Positions 53,866-63,685 of a stretch of DNA of 64,000 bases are shown here, in pieces. The position numbers and the translations under genes are program-made. The first letter of the stretch is position 1. Every line of letters starts with the position of its first letter. Origin of the DNA: a virus (Duplodnaviria > Caudoviricetes); IMG/VR virus record IMGVR_UViG_3300037780_000050, positions 1 through 64,000 of that record; one strand, 5' to 3'. The notes below the pieces were generated by a model that searched no databases, was not told the DNA's origin, and saw nothing but the letters and a program-made list of their open reading frames with translations.

Positions 53866-54647
53866 TCGGCGCCGAGGCGCAGTGGGACGCGGTGCTCGCC
53901 GCCGATCCCCATGCGCTGGCGCTGCTGTCCAATCCCGACGCCAGGATCGGTGCCCGGGGCTTCGCTCAGGCGTGGGCGCGACATCTTCGGGTGCCCCCAG
54001 CATTCGTGTGTAGCTACGAGGGTGTGACCATGGACGACGCCCGCGCCGCGGTGCTCGACATCATCCGCAGACCGCCCCGTTTGGTCGTGCTGGAGTTCGG
54101 CGAGGACAGCGCTCGCCAGCAGAACGCCGTGCTCAAGGCCATCGAGGACCCTGGGCGCGCCCGTGTGGTGGTGATCGGTTCGAGGGCGACGCTGCTGCCC
54201 ACCGTGTTGAGCCGATGCATGGTGGTGACGTTGGGGTTGCTGGGACCGCAAGATCTCGAGCGAGCGCTGCGCGCCCAGGGCATGGACCCTGATCGAGCGA
54301 AGGACGTGGCCATCAAGGTGGGAGTGGGAAGCGTGGAGGACGCGCATCGGGTGCTGGGAGGGTCTCCAGCGGTGTCTGCGGTCGCCAACGTGGCCCGAGC
54401 GCTGGCCCAGAAGGACCGTCGGTTGCTGGAGTCCAGCATCGATCACTGGGACGAGGACAAGCACCGGCTGTTCATGCGCTGGCTCGTGGCCAGCGCCGCA
54501 GGTCGTCCGCTGCGAGAGGTGGGGTCGTGGCAGATTCCCAGAGCCCAGGCACTGCCGATGTGGCGGGAGCTGTGCGACTACAGCGGTGCTCGCCCAGAGC
54601 TGGCCATGGCTGTCGCAGTGGCGTCGATCTCAGAGAATCTGGTATGA
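53862..54647 (+). CDS. clamp-loader delta-prime (HolB)-like protein
   Basis: QQNAVLKAIEDPG..LLPTVLSRC. Confidence 0.75.
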   Translation: MIGAEAQWDAVLAADPHALALLSNPDARIGARGFAQAWARHLRVPPAFVCSYEGVTMDDARAAVLDIIRRPPRLVVLEFGEDSARQQNAVLKAIEDPGRARVVVIGSRATLLPTVLSRCMVVTLGLLGPQDLERALRAQGMDPDRAKDVAIKVGVGSVEDAHRVLGGSPAVSAVANVARALAQKDRRLLESSIDHWDEDKHRLFMRWLVASAAGRPLREVGSWQIPRAQALPMWRELCDYSGARPELAMAVAVASISENLV

Positions 54648-54865
54648 CCGTCGGCTGGGCGGTAGCTCTTGTGTGGGCGATCGGCGCCGCGGTCTCGTTC
54701 CGGCCGGTGTGTCGAGCGGTGTGGAAGGAGATGGGTCCGTTGGTCGAGGTCGACAGCAAGGTCGACATGACCCTGATGGGTCTGCTCATCGCCACGTTCG
54801 CGTTGATGTGGCCGCTCATGCTCTTGCTGTGGGCGGTGGGGTCGTTGTCGAGAGAGGACCAGTGA
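54644..54865 (+). CDS. 2-TM membrane protein
   Basis: hydrophobic; ATGA overlap. Confidence 0.7.
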   Translation: MTVGWAVALVWAIGAAVSFRPVCRAVWKEMGPLVEVDSKVDMTLMGLLIATFALMWPLMLLLWAVGSLSREDQ

Positions 54866-55029
54866 TGGATGAAGACGAGTTCGCCACCCAGTTGTTCTGT
54901 CCGGTGTGCTGCTCCACGGTGGATGTGGACAGGCCCGGCCGACACGAGCTGGTCTGTGTGAGTTGCGGCACGCACTTCGAGGTCGATGTCGACCCCGAGA
55001 TCGTGGCCGAACACAGTCTGGTGGGGTGA
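54865..55029 (+). CDS. small Zn-ribbon protein
   Basis: CPVC..CVSC. Confidence 0.65.
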   Translation: MDEDEFATQLFCPVCCSTVDVDRPGRHELVCVSCGTHFEVDVDPEIVAEHSLVG

Positions 55030-55030
55030 G

Positions 55031-55933
55031 GTGGCGACGTTCATCCAGCACATCCGCCGTCGCTATGAGCGGGCGCCGCGGCGGTTGACGTGGGTGTGCG
55101 GTTCCGATGAGTGGTTGCGTTTGGAGGTCGTGAAGGATCTGGTTGAGCGTTACGCCCAGAACCGGGCGTGGTACGACATCAGTTCGGCGAATGGGATCAG
55201 AGACTTCTGGGCGAGCGCCTTCCAGTACGGGATCGATGACGAGCCCCGCGTCATCGTTGGTACCCGTGCTCACAAGGTGAGTGATTGGGACAAGCTGGAG
55301 CTGTGGGCGTCAGAGATGCGCACCATGCCCAAGCTGTATCTGATCTTCGACAGCGACGATCACAAGATCGAGTCCGACAAGGACCACGTGGCCATGATCC
55401 GCGACAAGGGTGACGTGATCCGTTGCGCTCCACCCAAGGAGGCCGACACCTTCGAGTGGCTCTCGACAGAGTTCGACACCATGAGCGCGACGGTGATCAA
55501 CGCTGTGATCGATCGCACCATGAACGATCCACGCCGCAGCTATCAGCTCTGCGACAAGTTGGCCATGTTCGGCAACGCCCGTCCCGAGCACGTGGCGTTG
55601 CTGGGGGAGGAGTTCGTCGCCGGAGACTTCGTGGACTACGTGGTGCTGGGGGACAAGAAGCGGGCGATGGCTCTGGTCGAGACCATCGAGCCCCGCCAGG
55701 TGCTGGGGTTGTTCGTAGCGAGGTTGCGCCAGATGCAGGAGATGCACCGAGCGTTCCGCACGAACACCCACGCCAACGTCCCGGTGTTCGTGGAGCGCCG
55801 CTTCGAGAAGGTGGCAGGTCGGTACAACCAGGCCAAGGTGGCTCACGCCCGCAGGCTGTTGGCCGCTGCGGACGAGGCCACGAAACGAGGCCCCGCCGTG
55901 GGTGCCTTGGAGATGTTGGTGAGGAGTTGGTGA
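55031..55933 (+). CDS. clamp-loader delta (HolA)-like protein
   Basis: TWVCGSDEWL; LCDKLAMF; DFVDYVVLGDKKRAM. Confidence 0.6.
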   Translation: MATFIQHIRRRYERAPRRLTWVCGSDEWLRLEVVKDLVERYAQNRAWYDISSANGIRDFWASAFQYGIDDEPRVIVGTRAHKVSDWDKLELWASEMRTMPKLYLIFDSDDHKIESDKDHVAMIRDKGDVIRCAPPKEADTFEWLSTEFDTMSATVINAVIDRTMNDPRRSYQLCDKLAMFGNARPEHVALLGEEFVAGDFVDYVVLGDKKRAMALVETIEPRQVLGLFVARLRQMQEMHRAFRTNTHANVPVFVERRFEKVAGRYNQAKVAHARRLLAAADEATKRGPAVGALEMLVRSW

Positions 55934-56313
55934 TGGAAGCGAACACGTGGCGTGTCTACGCGCAGGAGTGGGTGGTCGGCACCACCACCAAGAGCGCTGA
56001 GGTGTGTCGGGAGTATCTGGAGAACAAGTACGTGCTGGCCGACGGCCGCGCTCGGCTGCCTTCGACGTGCATCCGGGTGGTGGCGCATCCGCTGGTGCCC
56101 GACCTTTGGCAGGGAGAGATCTGCGTGTGGGTGCTTCGTGGGGAGTTCAAGCGCTACGACGCCGCCAAGCAGTACGTGAGCGAGTTGGTGGTCGAGTCGC
56201 TGGCCAAGGACGGGGGCGTGGATGACATCCACTTGGTCGAGCGCGGCAGCAGAGCCGAGGCCCGTCTGCGAGACTTCGGTGTGAAGGTGCTGCATCAGGA
56301 GGAGTCGGTGTGA
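55933..56313 (+). CDS. hypothetical protein
   Basis: TGATG coupling. Confidence 0.7.
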   Translation: MEANTWRVYAQEWVVGTTTKSAEVCREYLENKYVLADGRARLPSTCIRVVAHPLVPDLWQGEICVWVLRGEFKRYDAAKQYVSELVVESLAKDGGVDDIHLVERGSRAEARLRDFGVKVLHQEESV

Positions 56314-56543
56314 CCAAGCCCACCCCACGCCACTGGAGTGCGGTGGCGCGCTGTCCCCGCTGCGGTCAGCTCGTGCGCAAGGAGACCGCCACCAAGATCG
56401 GCAAGCGGTTCTACGGACCGGAGTGCGCGCAGCTCGTGCTCGCCAACATCACCAACCTGCGGGTGGTCGACGGTGAGGTCACCGAGGCTGAGTCCAAGAC
56501 GCATCGCTACATGCGACGCCGGGTGAAGGAGCGAGAGACATGA
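56310..56543 (+). CDS. small Zn-finger-like protein
   Basis: CPRCG..YGPEC. Confidence 0.7.
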   Translation: MTKPTPRHWSAVARCPRCGQLVRKETATKIGKRFYGPECAQLVLANITNLRVVDGEVTEAESKTHRYMRRRVKERET

Positions 56544-58918
56544 AGCTGACCCAGCGAGTGACCGACATCGATCAGCTCCGGGAGCACATGGACAAGATCT
56601 GTTCCGAGGGCATCGTGTTCGGGTTCGACATCGAGACCGGCTACGACGGCGATGATCGGGACAAGGCCGCTACCACTCCCGAGTTGATGAAGGTCGTGGG
56701 GATCTCCTACGCCATGAACACCGACGAGGGCTTCTACGTGCCTCTGGCGCACGACTTGGAGCGCAACGAGGACTTGGCCACCGTGGCCGAGGTCATGAAG
56801 CCCGCACTGCAATCTGGTCTGGGTGTGGCTCACAACGCCAAGTTCGAGATCCGGTGCTTGGCCCAACCCCAGCCCCGAGGGTTCGGCTACCACTGCCGCG
56901 TGTTCAGCGACACCCAGATCGAGGCGTACGTGTTGCAGGAGTGGCAGAGCTTCGCGTTGAAGTCGCTGGTGTACGACGTGTTCGCCTACGAGCAGGCCAC
57001 CTACGCCAGCCTGTTCCCGGGGGCCAAGCCCGCCGAGCTTCGCAGGAGCAGGTTCAACCATCTTCCTGTCTCCCCGGCCGTGATTTCCTATGCGGTGGAC
57101 GACAGCATCTGGTGCCTCGCACTACACCTTCGCCACCACCCTCTGGTCGCCGACACCGCGGTGTACAAGCTGGAGATGCAGGTACTCGATGTGGTCGTGG
57201 CGATGGAGGAGGTCGGTCTCTACTACGACTGGGACTACTTGCGCGCCGGGGCCGAGGGGTGTTTGGAGTTCATCGACCAGCTCGAAATCGAACTGGTGGA
57301 CGAGTTGAGCGAGATGGTCTTCGGTGTGGGCATGGAGGGTGGTGTGGATGGCGTCCCCAGCCGTATTGAGGTCAACCTGGCCAGCCCCGCCCAACTCTCC
57401 GACGTGCTGTACAACAAGCTGGGCCTGCCCGTGACGATGCGGTCCAAGAAGACCGACAAGCCGAGCACCAGTGCCGACGCGCTGACCCCGTTGGCCAAGG
57501 ACTACCCAGCGGTGCAGAAGATTCTGTGGTGGAAGGAGTTGAAGAAGCTCCACGGCACGTACCTCAACAAGTACGAGCGGGCGTACTCCGGCGCAGCAGA
57601 CGGTCGCACCCATCCCAACACCATGCAGGCGGTGGTGGTGAGTGGCCGCTTCGCGGTGAGTGATCCTCCCTACCAGCAGACCCCGAAGAAGTACCGCTAC
57701 GAGTTGGACTCAGGCGCGCATTGGGAGTTCGAGTTCCGCCCATCGATCCGCCCCCAGGAGGGCAACTACTTCCTGTACTTCGACTACAGCCAGGTCGAGC
57801 TACGGGTGGTGGCCGGGCTGGCCAAGGAGCAGGCGTTGATCGATGCGTTCGCCAGCGGCACCGACGTGCACCGGGTGACCGCGAGCCTGATGCTCAATGT
57901 CCCCTTCGATGAGGTCACCGGGGATCAGCGCGACATCGGCAAGACCATGAACTTCGCTCTGGTCTACGGCATGAGCACCAAGATGCTGGCTCAGCGGCTG
58001 GCGGTCACCCAGGAGCGTGCCGAGGAGCTGTACCAGGCGTACTTCGACACCTACGGGTCGATCAAGGTGTGGCGCCAGCGGGTGATCGAGGAGGCCAGCG
58101 CCAAGGGCTACACCGTGAGCTGGCTGGGGCGCAAGCACAAGATCTGGGAGTTCGAGTCCAACGACCGGTGGGTGTTCGAGAAGGGTGAGCGCTTGGCAGG
58201 CAATGCCCCGGTGCAGGGCGGTGCTGCCGACTACATGAAGGTGGCCATGGTCCGTCAGCACAAGAAGCTGGCAGAAGCTGGTCTGCTGGCAGACGTGCGG
58301 CTGGTCGCCAACGTGCACGACTCCCTCACGTGGGAGGTCACCGACGCCATCGACCCCTTCGACATGATGCGGCTGCTCAATCCTGCGGTCAGCTTCCCGC
58401 TGCCGGGGTTCCCACCGATCACCGCGGACTGGGCCGTCGGGTTGGATTGGGGCAACCTCCACGAGATCAGTCTGGTGGAGGCCGAGGAGCACGTGGCCGA
58501 GCGGTGGTCGGTGTACGACATCATCAACGACATCCCCCAAACACTCTCTCCAGAGCCTCTCCCTGCTCCTGAGAGCCCCGCTGTGGTCTCCGAGCCCCTG
58601 CCATTCCAGCCCGACCCCGCCGCCCAGTACGACGAGCCCAGCGAGGGCTCTGAGTCCTTGGGAACAAAGCGCATGGTGGTGACGCTCCAGGCGATGCCGA
58701 CCAAGGCCCAGTGGTCGTCGTTCACCGAGTGGCTGGCCACCAACGCAGGCGAGTGCGAGGTGCACGTGGTCACCCCGAAAGGCAGTGTCGATTTGCCCCA
58801 ACGTGTGAGCGAGCGGGCCAACACCGCGTCGGTGATCCACTTCGGCAACACGGGTCGTGTGGAGTGGGAGGTCTTCGAGGACACGAAAGATCTGTTGGTG
58901 TCGGGGCTGGGGCTGTAG
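56540..58918 (+). CDS. polA: DNA polymerase family A with 3'-5' exonuclease and extra C-terminal domain
   Basis: FDIET, HNAKFE, YAVDD; DYSQVELR, KTMNFALVYG, NVHDSL. Confidence 0.93.
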   Translation: MKLTQRVTDIDQLREHMDKICSEGIVFGFDIETGYDGDDRDKAATTPELMKVVGISYAMNTDEGFYVPLAHDLERNEDLATVAEVMKPALQSGLGVAHNAKFEIRCLAQPQPRGFGYHCRVFSDTQIEAYVLQEWQSFALKSLVYDVFAYEQATYASLFPGAKPAELRRSRFNHLPVSPAVISYAVDDSIWCLALHLRHHPLVADTAVYKLEMQVLDVVVAMEEVGLYYDWDYLRAGAEGCLEFIDQLEIELVDELSEMVFGVGMEGGVDGVPSRIEVNLASPAQLSDVLYNKLGLPVTMRSKKTDKPSTSADALTPLAKDYPAVQKILWWKELKKLHGTYLNKYERAYSGAADGRTHPNTMQAVVVSGRFAVSDPPYQQTPKKYRYELDSGAHWEFEFRPSIRPQEGNYFLYFDYSQVELRVVAGLAKEQALIDAFASGTDVHRVTASLMLNVPFDEVTGDQRDIGKTMNFALVYGMSTKMLAQRLAVTQERAEELYQAYFDTYGSIKVWRQRVIEEASAKGYTVSWLGRKHKIWEFESNDRWVFEKGERLAGNAPVQGGAADYMKVAMVRQHKKLAEAGLLADVRLVANVHDSLTWEVTDAIDPFDMMRLLNPAVSFPLPGFPPITADWAVGLDWGNLHEISLVEAEEHVAERWSVYDIINDIPQTLSPEPLPAPESPAVVSEPLPFQPDPAAQYDEPSEGSESLGTKRMVVTLQAMPTKAQWSSFTEWLATNAGECEVHVVTPKGSVDLPQRVSERANTASVIHFGNTGRVEWEVFEDTKDLLVSGLGL

Positions 58919-58925
58919 CAGAGTC

Positions 58926-59237
58926 ATGAAGTTCAGACAGGCGATCACAGAGGAGAGGGCCAACGGGGTCTGGTTGAAGTACCACGTCGAGTTGGAGGAG
59001 CCCGACATCGAGTCGAGCGCCGCCGAGATGGGTCTGCCCTACGCAGAGCTGTCGACGTTGGAGCGGTTCAACTTCGCCCGGTTGCTGTGCGCCACGCTGC
59101 TCTACAGCGCCATGGTGGCCGATCATCCGTTGGCCGAGCCCGAGCTGATCGAGGCGCGCAGCCGGTTCACCGAGTACCGGGACCATCTCCGCACCAAGCA
59201 CCCGCTGGAGACCGAGGACGTGTGGGGTGACACATGA
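58926..59237 (+). CDS. hypothetical protein
   Basis: ORF MKFRQAI. Confidence 0.65.
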   Translation: MKFRQAITEERANGVWLKYHVELEEPDIESSAAEMGLPYAELSTLERFNFARLLCATLLYSAMVADHPLAEPELIEARSRFTEYRDHLRTKHPLETEDVWGDT

Positions 59238-59470
59238 GCGACGAGCTGTGCATCCACGACATGGATCCGCTCACGTGCTCGTTGTGCAAGCCGAAGGGCA
59301 AGACGCGTCAGATGCGGGACTACCGGGCAGCGCGCCGAGCGGTGCACGCCAAGGAGTTCCAGGCCCAGTACGACGGGACGTGTGGCGAGTGTGGCGATGC
59401 GATCTCGACGGGTGAGCGCATCGTGCACACCGATGAGGGCGGCTACAGCCACGCCCGGTGCATGTTGTGA
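59234..59470 (+). CDS. Cys/His-rich hypothetical protein
   Basis: CIH..CSLC..CGEC..H..C. Confidence 0.75.
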   Translation: MSDELCIHDMDPLTCSLCKPKGKTRQMRDYRAARRAVHAKEFQAQYDGTCGECGDAISTGERIVHTDEGGYSHARCML

Positions 59471-59943
59471 GTACGTCTGATCGATTGGGTGAGATCATCA
59501 CCCAGGCGCAGGTGTGTCGAGCAGAGATCACCAAGCTGTACCCGGCCAAGGGCGCGACCCCGGGTGAGGTGGTCGAGAGCTTGCAGGCGATCCGCCCGTG
59601 GCTCGATGAGTTGGAGACGTTGGTGGTGGCGCTACGCCGCTATCGCAGCGTGAGCGAGCGTGCTCTGGCCACCGCCAAGTCCGCAGCCGAGGACCGTTGG
59701 GACCAGGCTGCACGAGGTAAGGGCGGCAGCGTGCGTGATGCTGGTCCGCGAGAGCGCTACGCACACTTCAATTTGGAGAGCTTTGAGGAGCGTCGCACCC
59801 AGCGTGAGGCCGAGGCGCTGCACTCCGAGACCACCGCAGCGTTCGATGCTGTGCAGGCCATGTTCCGAGGGGCCGAGAGCATTCGACATGATCTGCACGT
59901 GCTGATCCGGGCCGCGCAGTTCGAGAGCAGTCTGGAAAGATGA
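59467..59943 (+). CDS. helical hypothetical protein
   Basis: GTGA overlap. Confidence 0.7.
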   Translation: MSTSDRLGEIITQAQVCRAEITKLYPAKGATPGEVVESLQAIRPWLDELETLVVALRRYRSVSERALATAKSAAEDRWDQAARGKGGSVRDAGPRERYAHFNLESFEERRTQREAEALHSETTAAFDAVQAMFRGAESIRHDLHVLIRAAQFESSLER

Positions 59944-60458
59944 GAGAGATGACGAGGAACGCGATCAGCTTCGACTTGGATTCCACCCTGGCCGACACCC
60001 GCCAGCGCCAGTGGATGGTCCCGATGATCCGTGGCGAGGCCCCCAACCCCGAGGGCTACACGTGGACCGACTACTCCATGCTCTGTGAGCACGACGAGAC
60101 CATCGACGGTGTGTGCACGCTGCTGCGGGGGCTGTACTTCGGTGGGTACTACATCTTGATCAACACCGGTCGCTCTGCCGCGGCCGAGGATTTGACCAGG
60201 GGTTGGCTCAACCGCCACTTCGTGCCGTACAACCATCTGGCCATGCGGCCGGTCGGTGACCACCGCCCCAACGCCGAGCACAAGATCGAGTCCATCATCC
60301 ACTTCGAGGTCAACCACTCAGCCAAGGTGATTCTGCACGTGGATGATTGGGCCGAGGCCGCAGAGGAGGTGGGTCGGCAGTTGAAGATTCCCACGGTGGT
60401 CATCCCTGGCCCCTTCGTCAAGCCCGAGCCCGCTGCGTGGGATCAGGAGAAGGGCTGA
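59940..60458 (+). CDS. HAD phosphatase (T4 PseT C-terminal-like)
   Basis: FDLDSTLAD, TGR, RP..DHRPNAEHK, VDD. Confidence 0.85.
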   Translation: MREMTRNAISFDLDSTLADTRQRQWMVPMIRGEAPNPEGYTWTDYSMLCEHDETIDGVCTLLRGLYFGGYYILINTGRSAAAEDLTRGWLNRHFVPYNHLAMRPVGDHRPNAEHKIESIIHFEVNHSAKVILHVDDWAEAAEEVGRQLKIPTVVIPGPFVKPEPAAWDQEKG

Positions 60459-60862
60459 TGCGGTGTTACCGCTGCAAGGTGAAGATCTCGATCACTGAGT
60501 CCAAGCGCATGGTGACCCAGCACGCCGATGGCTCCGTGTACGACCGGACCAAGGCCAGCCAGGTCGAGCCCGACTCAGTGGCGGTCAAGGCGTGGCACAA
60601 GAAGTGCCACCACATCGGCGAGAAGCGCAGCGCCATCGGTGGCGACCCCGTGGACGGCCGCGCCGGGCCATCGCTCAACGCCAACGAGATCGATGAGGCC
60701 ATCAGGAGTGGCTCCACCGCGGCGCTCAGCGAGGGGTGGCGTCGGCGCCAGCAGGAGATCCTCAGGGACCGAGCAGCAGACCCCGGCCACGTCGAGTACC
60801 CCGACCGTGATTGGCGTGACCAGCAAGTAGCCGATCTGGTGAAGATCGACCCCGACGAGTAG
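60458..60862 (+). CDS. hypothetical protein
   Basis: TGATG coupling; CYRC..WHKKC. Confidence 0.7.
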   Translation: MRCYRCKVKISITESKRMVTQHADGSVYDRTKASQVEPDSVAVKAWHKKCHHIGEKRSAIGGDPVDGRAGPSLNANEIDEAIRSGSTAALSEGWRRRQQEILRDRAADPGHVEYPDRDWRDQQVADLVKIDPDE

Positions 60863-60923
60863 TAGAATCGACAAGCTCCCCGCAACCAGCCGGTTGGGGA
60901 CCACAGAGAAAGCGACCAAGCCC

Positions 60924-61925
60924 ATGCCATTGGCGAAGTTCACCCGCGAGAACACCCAGTCAGGACCGGAGATCCCCCGGCTCAAGCTGGAGAAGGACGA
61001 GAAGGCCCGGGTGGTCATTCTCGATGAGGGTCCCCAGTACCGGTGGTATCACCGGCTGGAGAAGATCGCTCTGCTGGGCCAGCGCCCGAAGATGGTGACG
61101 CGAGAGCGCCGCAACGGTGAGACCTACGAGGTCTACGACACCGACTTCGTGGGCACTCCGGCATGTACCGGTGACCCCGAGGTGCTGGAGCAGCGCGGCG
61201 TCGACCCCGACAACTGCGTGATCTGCGCAGCGAGCCGCAAGTACCCCGACGCGATCGAGGAACCCAAGCGCCGCTTCGCCATGAACGTGTTCAAGTACCA
61301 GACCAAGCCGGGCAGCTCCGAGTTGCAGGTTCCCTTCGGTGGGACACTGCTGGTGTGGTCGTTCACCGAGAAGCGGTTCAGCGTGCTGGTCGACATCGCC
61401 GAGGAGTTCGGCGATCTCCGAACCACCGACTTGGTGCTGGGTCCGTGCTCCAACGCCCAGTTCCAGAACTTCGAGATCCACGGCAGCCCGAAGGCCGCGT
61501 GGATGTCCAACGACGAGACCAAGGCGTACACCGCCAGCGTGTACAAGGAGAACAAGTTCTCCGACGCCGAGCTGATGGACTTGTGCGCCAAGGTCCGCGA
61601 GGAGCGCTACGTCAAGGAAGATCTGGAGATGATCATCGAGCGCTGGGAGCACGTGGCCCGCTGGGAGGCGGGCGACGCTCAGGTCAGCGCCTCGGCCGCA
61701 GCTCCGGCCGAGAAGATCGATGTCGCCGATGCGCTCAGCGATCTGTTCAACTCCAGCGACTCGCCGACCGAGGCAGATACCGAGGTCAAGACCGAGCCGA
61801 TCTCTCGCCCCACGACGTCGGTCACCGACGACTTGGACGCTCTGCTGGAGGCTCCCACCGAGGCACCGGCCGAGCCCAAGGAGGAGATCAGCGGCATTAC
61901 CGACTTGGATGATCTGCTCAAGTGA
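60924..61925 (+). CDS. single-stranded DNA-binding protein (T4 gp32-like)
   Basis: RLKL..ARV, Cys cluster C..CVIC, acidic tail ending DLDDLLK. Confidence 0.75.
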   Translation: MPLAKFTRENTQSGPEIPRLKLEKDEKARVVILDEGPQYRWYHRLEKIALLGQRPKMVTRERRNGETYEVYDTDFVGTPACTGDPEVLEQRGVDPDNCVICAASRKYPDAIEEPKRRFAMNVFKYQTKPGSSELQVPFGGTLLVWSFTEKRFSVLVDIAEEFGDLRTTDLVLGPCSNAQFQNFEIHGSPKAAWMSNDETKAYTASVYKENKFSDAELMDLCAKVREERYVKEDLEMIIERWEHVARWEAGDAQVSASAAAPAEKIDVADALSDLFNSSDSPTEADTEVKTEPISRPTTSVTDDLDALLEAPTEAPAEPKEEISGITDLDDLLK

Positions 61926-62296
61926 CCGCCGCCAAGGACAAGGGAACAGCCGGAGAGAACCAGGCAGTGGACATTCTGGTCGCTGCTGGGTTCCCCCGAG
62001 CTGACCCCACCGACCCCACCAGCGTGGGCGTGAAGCGGTTCCAGGGTGGGTGGGAGTCCCACGACATTCAGGGTGCCGGGGATTGGGTGATCGAGGCCAA
62101 GTGGCGGAAGCGCTGGTCAGTGTTCGAGTGGGTCCGCAAGATCCGCAGGCGAGCTGCTGGCAGGCCGTGGGCCATCATCGGTATCCACGGCGATCGCCGC
62201 ACAGTGGAGGGGCGTGAGGTGGGCGAGCTGTGCATCATGGATGCGCACCTGGCTGCCAAGCTGATCCACCACTGGGAGATGACTGGTGGGAAGTGA
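61922..62296 (+). CDS. Holliday junction resolvase (Hjc-like PD-(D/E)XK)
   Basis: KDKGTAGE..GF..DI..IEAK. Confidence 0.8.
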   Translation: MTAAKDKGTAGENQAVDILVAAGFPRADPTDPTSVGVKRFQGGWESHDIQGAGDWVIEAKWRKRWSVFEWVRKIRRRAAGRPWAIIGIHGDRRTVEGREVGELCIMDAHLAAKLIHHWEMTGGK

Positions 62297-62404
62297 AGCG
62301 GGGCAGTATCATCATCAGTGAGAGGGATGGTCAGTCCAATTCTCAACGCATGGCCCGTCTGGTGACCCCAGGCGGGCCGTGTACGTTCTTGAAGGAGTGT
62401 GTGC

Positions 62405-63631
62405 GTGAGTCTCGATGAGATTCTGGCGAGCGTGTCCAAGGAGTTCGATGTCCGCATCGCTCCGCTGAGTGCTTCGGGGGTGGACGTACCTGCGATCAGC
62501 ACGGGCAACATCGGCATCGACTACATCACCGGAGTGGGTGGGTTGCCACTGGGCCGGTGCGTGGAGTTGTACGGCCAGCCCGCCAGCGGCAAGACCACGT
62601 GCGCGCTGATGACCGCGGCCCGAGCCCAGCGGGAGGGCAAGCGGGTGCTGTACTTCGACTTCGAGCAGAAGCTCGACCCCCGTTACGCCAAGGCGTTGGG
62701 CGTGGATGTGGACTCCGAGACGTTCCTGTTCGTGCAGCCTGACAATTTGGAGCAGGGCGCCAACGTGGCCCGCAAGCTGGTGGCCACCGGGGAGATCGAG
62801 GTGGTGATCTTCGACAGCGTGGCCGCGATGACCCCGAGCGCGCTGATCGACAAGGACACCGGCCAGAAGACCGTGGCCGAGCAAGCTCGTCTGATGAGCG
62901 AGTTCCTCAAAGCGTTCGTGCCGCTGCTGCGCCAGACGCACACGCTGGGCATCTTCCTCAACCACGAGATGGAGCTGCTCGACATGGGCGGTGGTGGTCG
63001 TCCGGGGATGCCCCCGCGCAAGTCCACACCGGGAGGCCGTGCGCTCAAGTACTACGCCACGCTGCGGATGCAGTTCGTGACCATCAAGCGCAACAAGGGC
63101 AAGTTCTGGGATCCTCTCACCAACACCGAAGCCGAGTCGATCACGAGCGTGCACACGCTGGTGAAGACCGACAAGAATCAGGTGGGCGTACCGCACCGCC
63201 AGGCGCTGGTCCGGGTGAGCTTCGGCAAGGGGTACAGCCAGGCGTTCAGCGTGCTCAACGTGCTGCTGGCCTACAAGGTCGTGAAGAAGGGCACCGGGGG
63301 GATCTACCGCTTCCCCGGCTTGGAGGGCGAGGAGGGCGCGTTCGAGGGGCTGGAGACCGAGGTCGACGCCAAGGGCCAGCGCTGGGTGCGGGGAGAGGAC
63401 AAGCTGGTGCAGATGCTCGACGCCGCGCCGAAGGCGCTGCGTGTCTGGGCTGAGATCGCCGAGGAGAAGCTGGCCGAGGGTGAGCCCGAGGGGGACCCCG
63501 AGACGGTGACGCTCATCCCCACGCCCGAGCTGACCGAGGGCAAGGTCAGCGCTGCCGCCGAGTTGAAGCTAGGGTCTCCCAACGAGCTGCTCGATGAAGC
63601 TGATCTGGTGGAAATCGAAGCGAAGCGGTAG
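62405..63631 (+). CDS. recA: RecA/UvsX recombinase
   Basis: ELYGQPASGKTT, IFDSVAA, ARLMS, PGGRALKYYA. Confidence 0.95.
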   Translation: MSLDEILASVSKEFDVRIAPLSASGVDVPAISTGNIGIDYITGVGGLPLGRCVELYGQPASGKTTCALMTAARAQREGKRVLYFDFEQKLDPRYAKALGVDVDSETFLFVQPDNLEQGANVARKLVATGEIEVVIFDSVAAMTPSALIDKDTGQKTVAEQARLMSEFLKAFVPLLRQTHTLGIFLNHEMELLDMGGGGRPGMPPRKSTPGGRALKYYATLRMQFVTIKRNKGKFWDPLTNTEAESITSVHTLVKTDKNQVGVPHRQALVRVSFGKGYSQAFSVLNVLLAYKVVKKGTGGIYRFPGLEGEEGAFEGLETEVDAKGQRWVRGEDKLVQMLDAAPKALRVWAEIAEEKLAEGEPEGDPETVTLIPTPELTEGKVSAAAELKLGSPNELLDEADLVEIEAKR

Positions 63632-63685
63632 TAGTACATGAGCGGGACGACAACGAGTCCCACCTAGTAGGAGAACAGACTGACC

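Noticed and set aside
6756-63631. Inteins or introns in TerL, DnaB, SNF2, PolA or RecA
   Set aside because: Sizes are normal and motifs contiguous; no C-terminal HN/C or LAGLIDADG signatures seen
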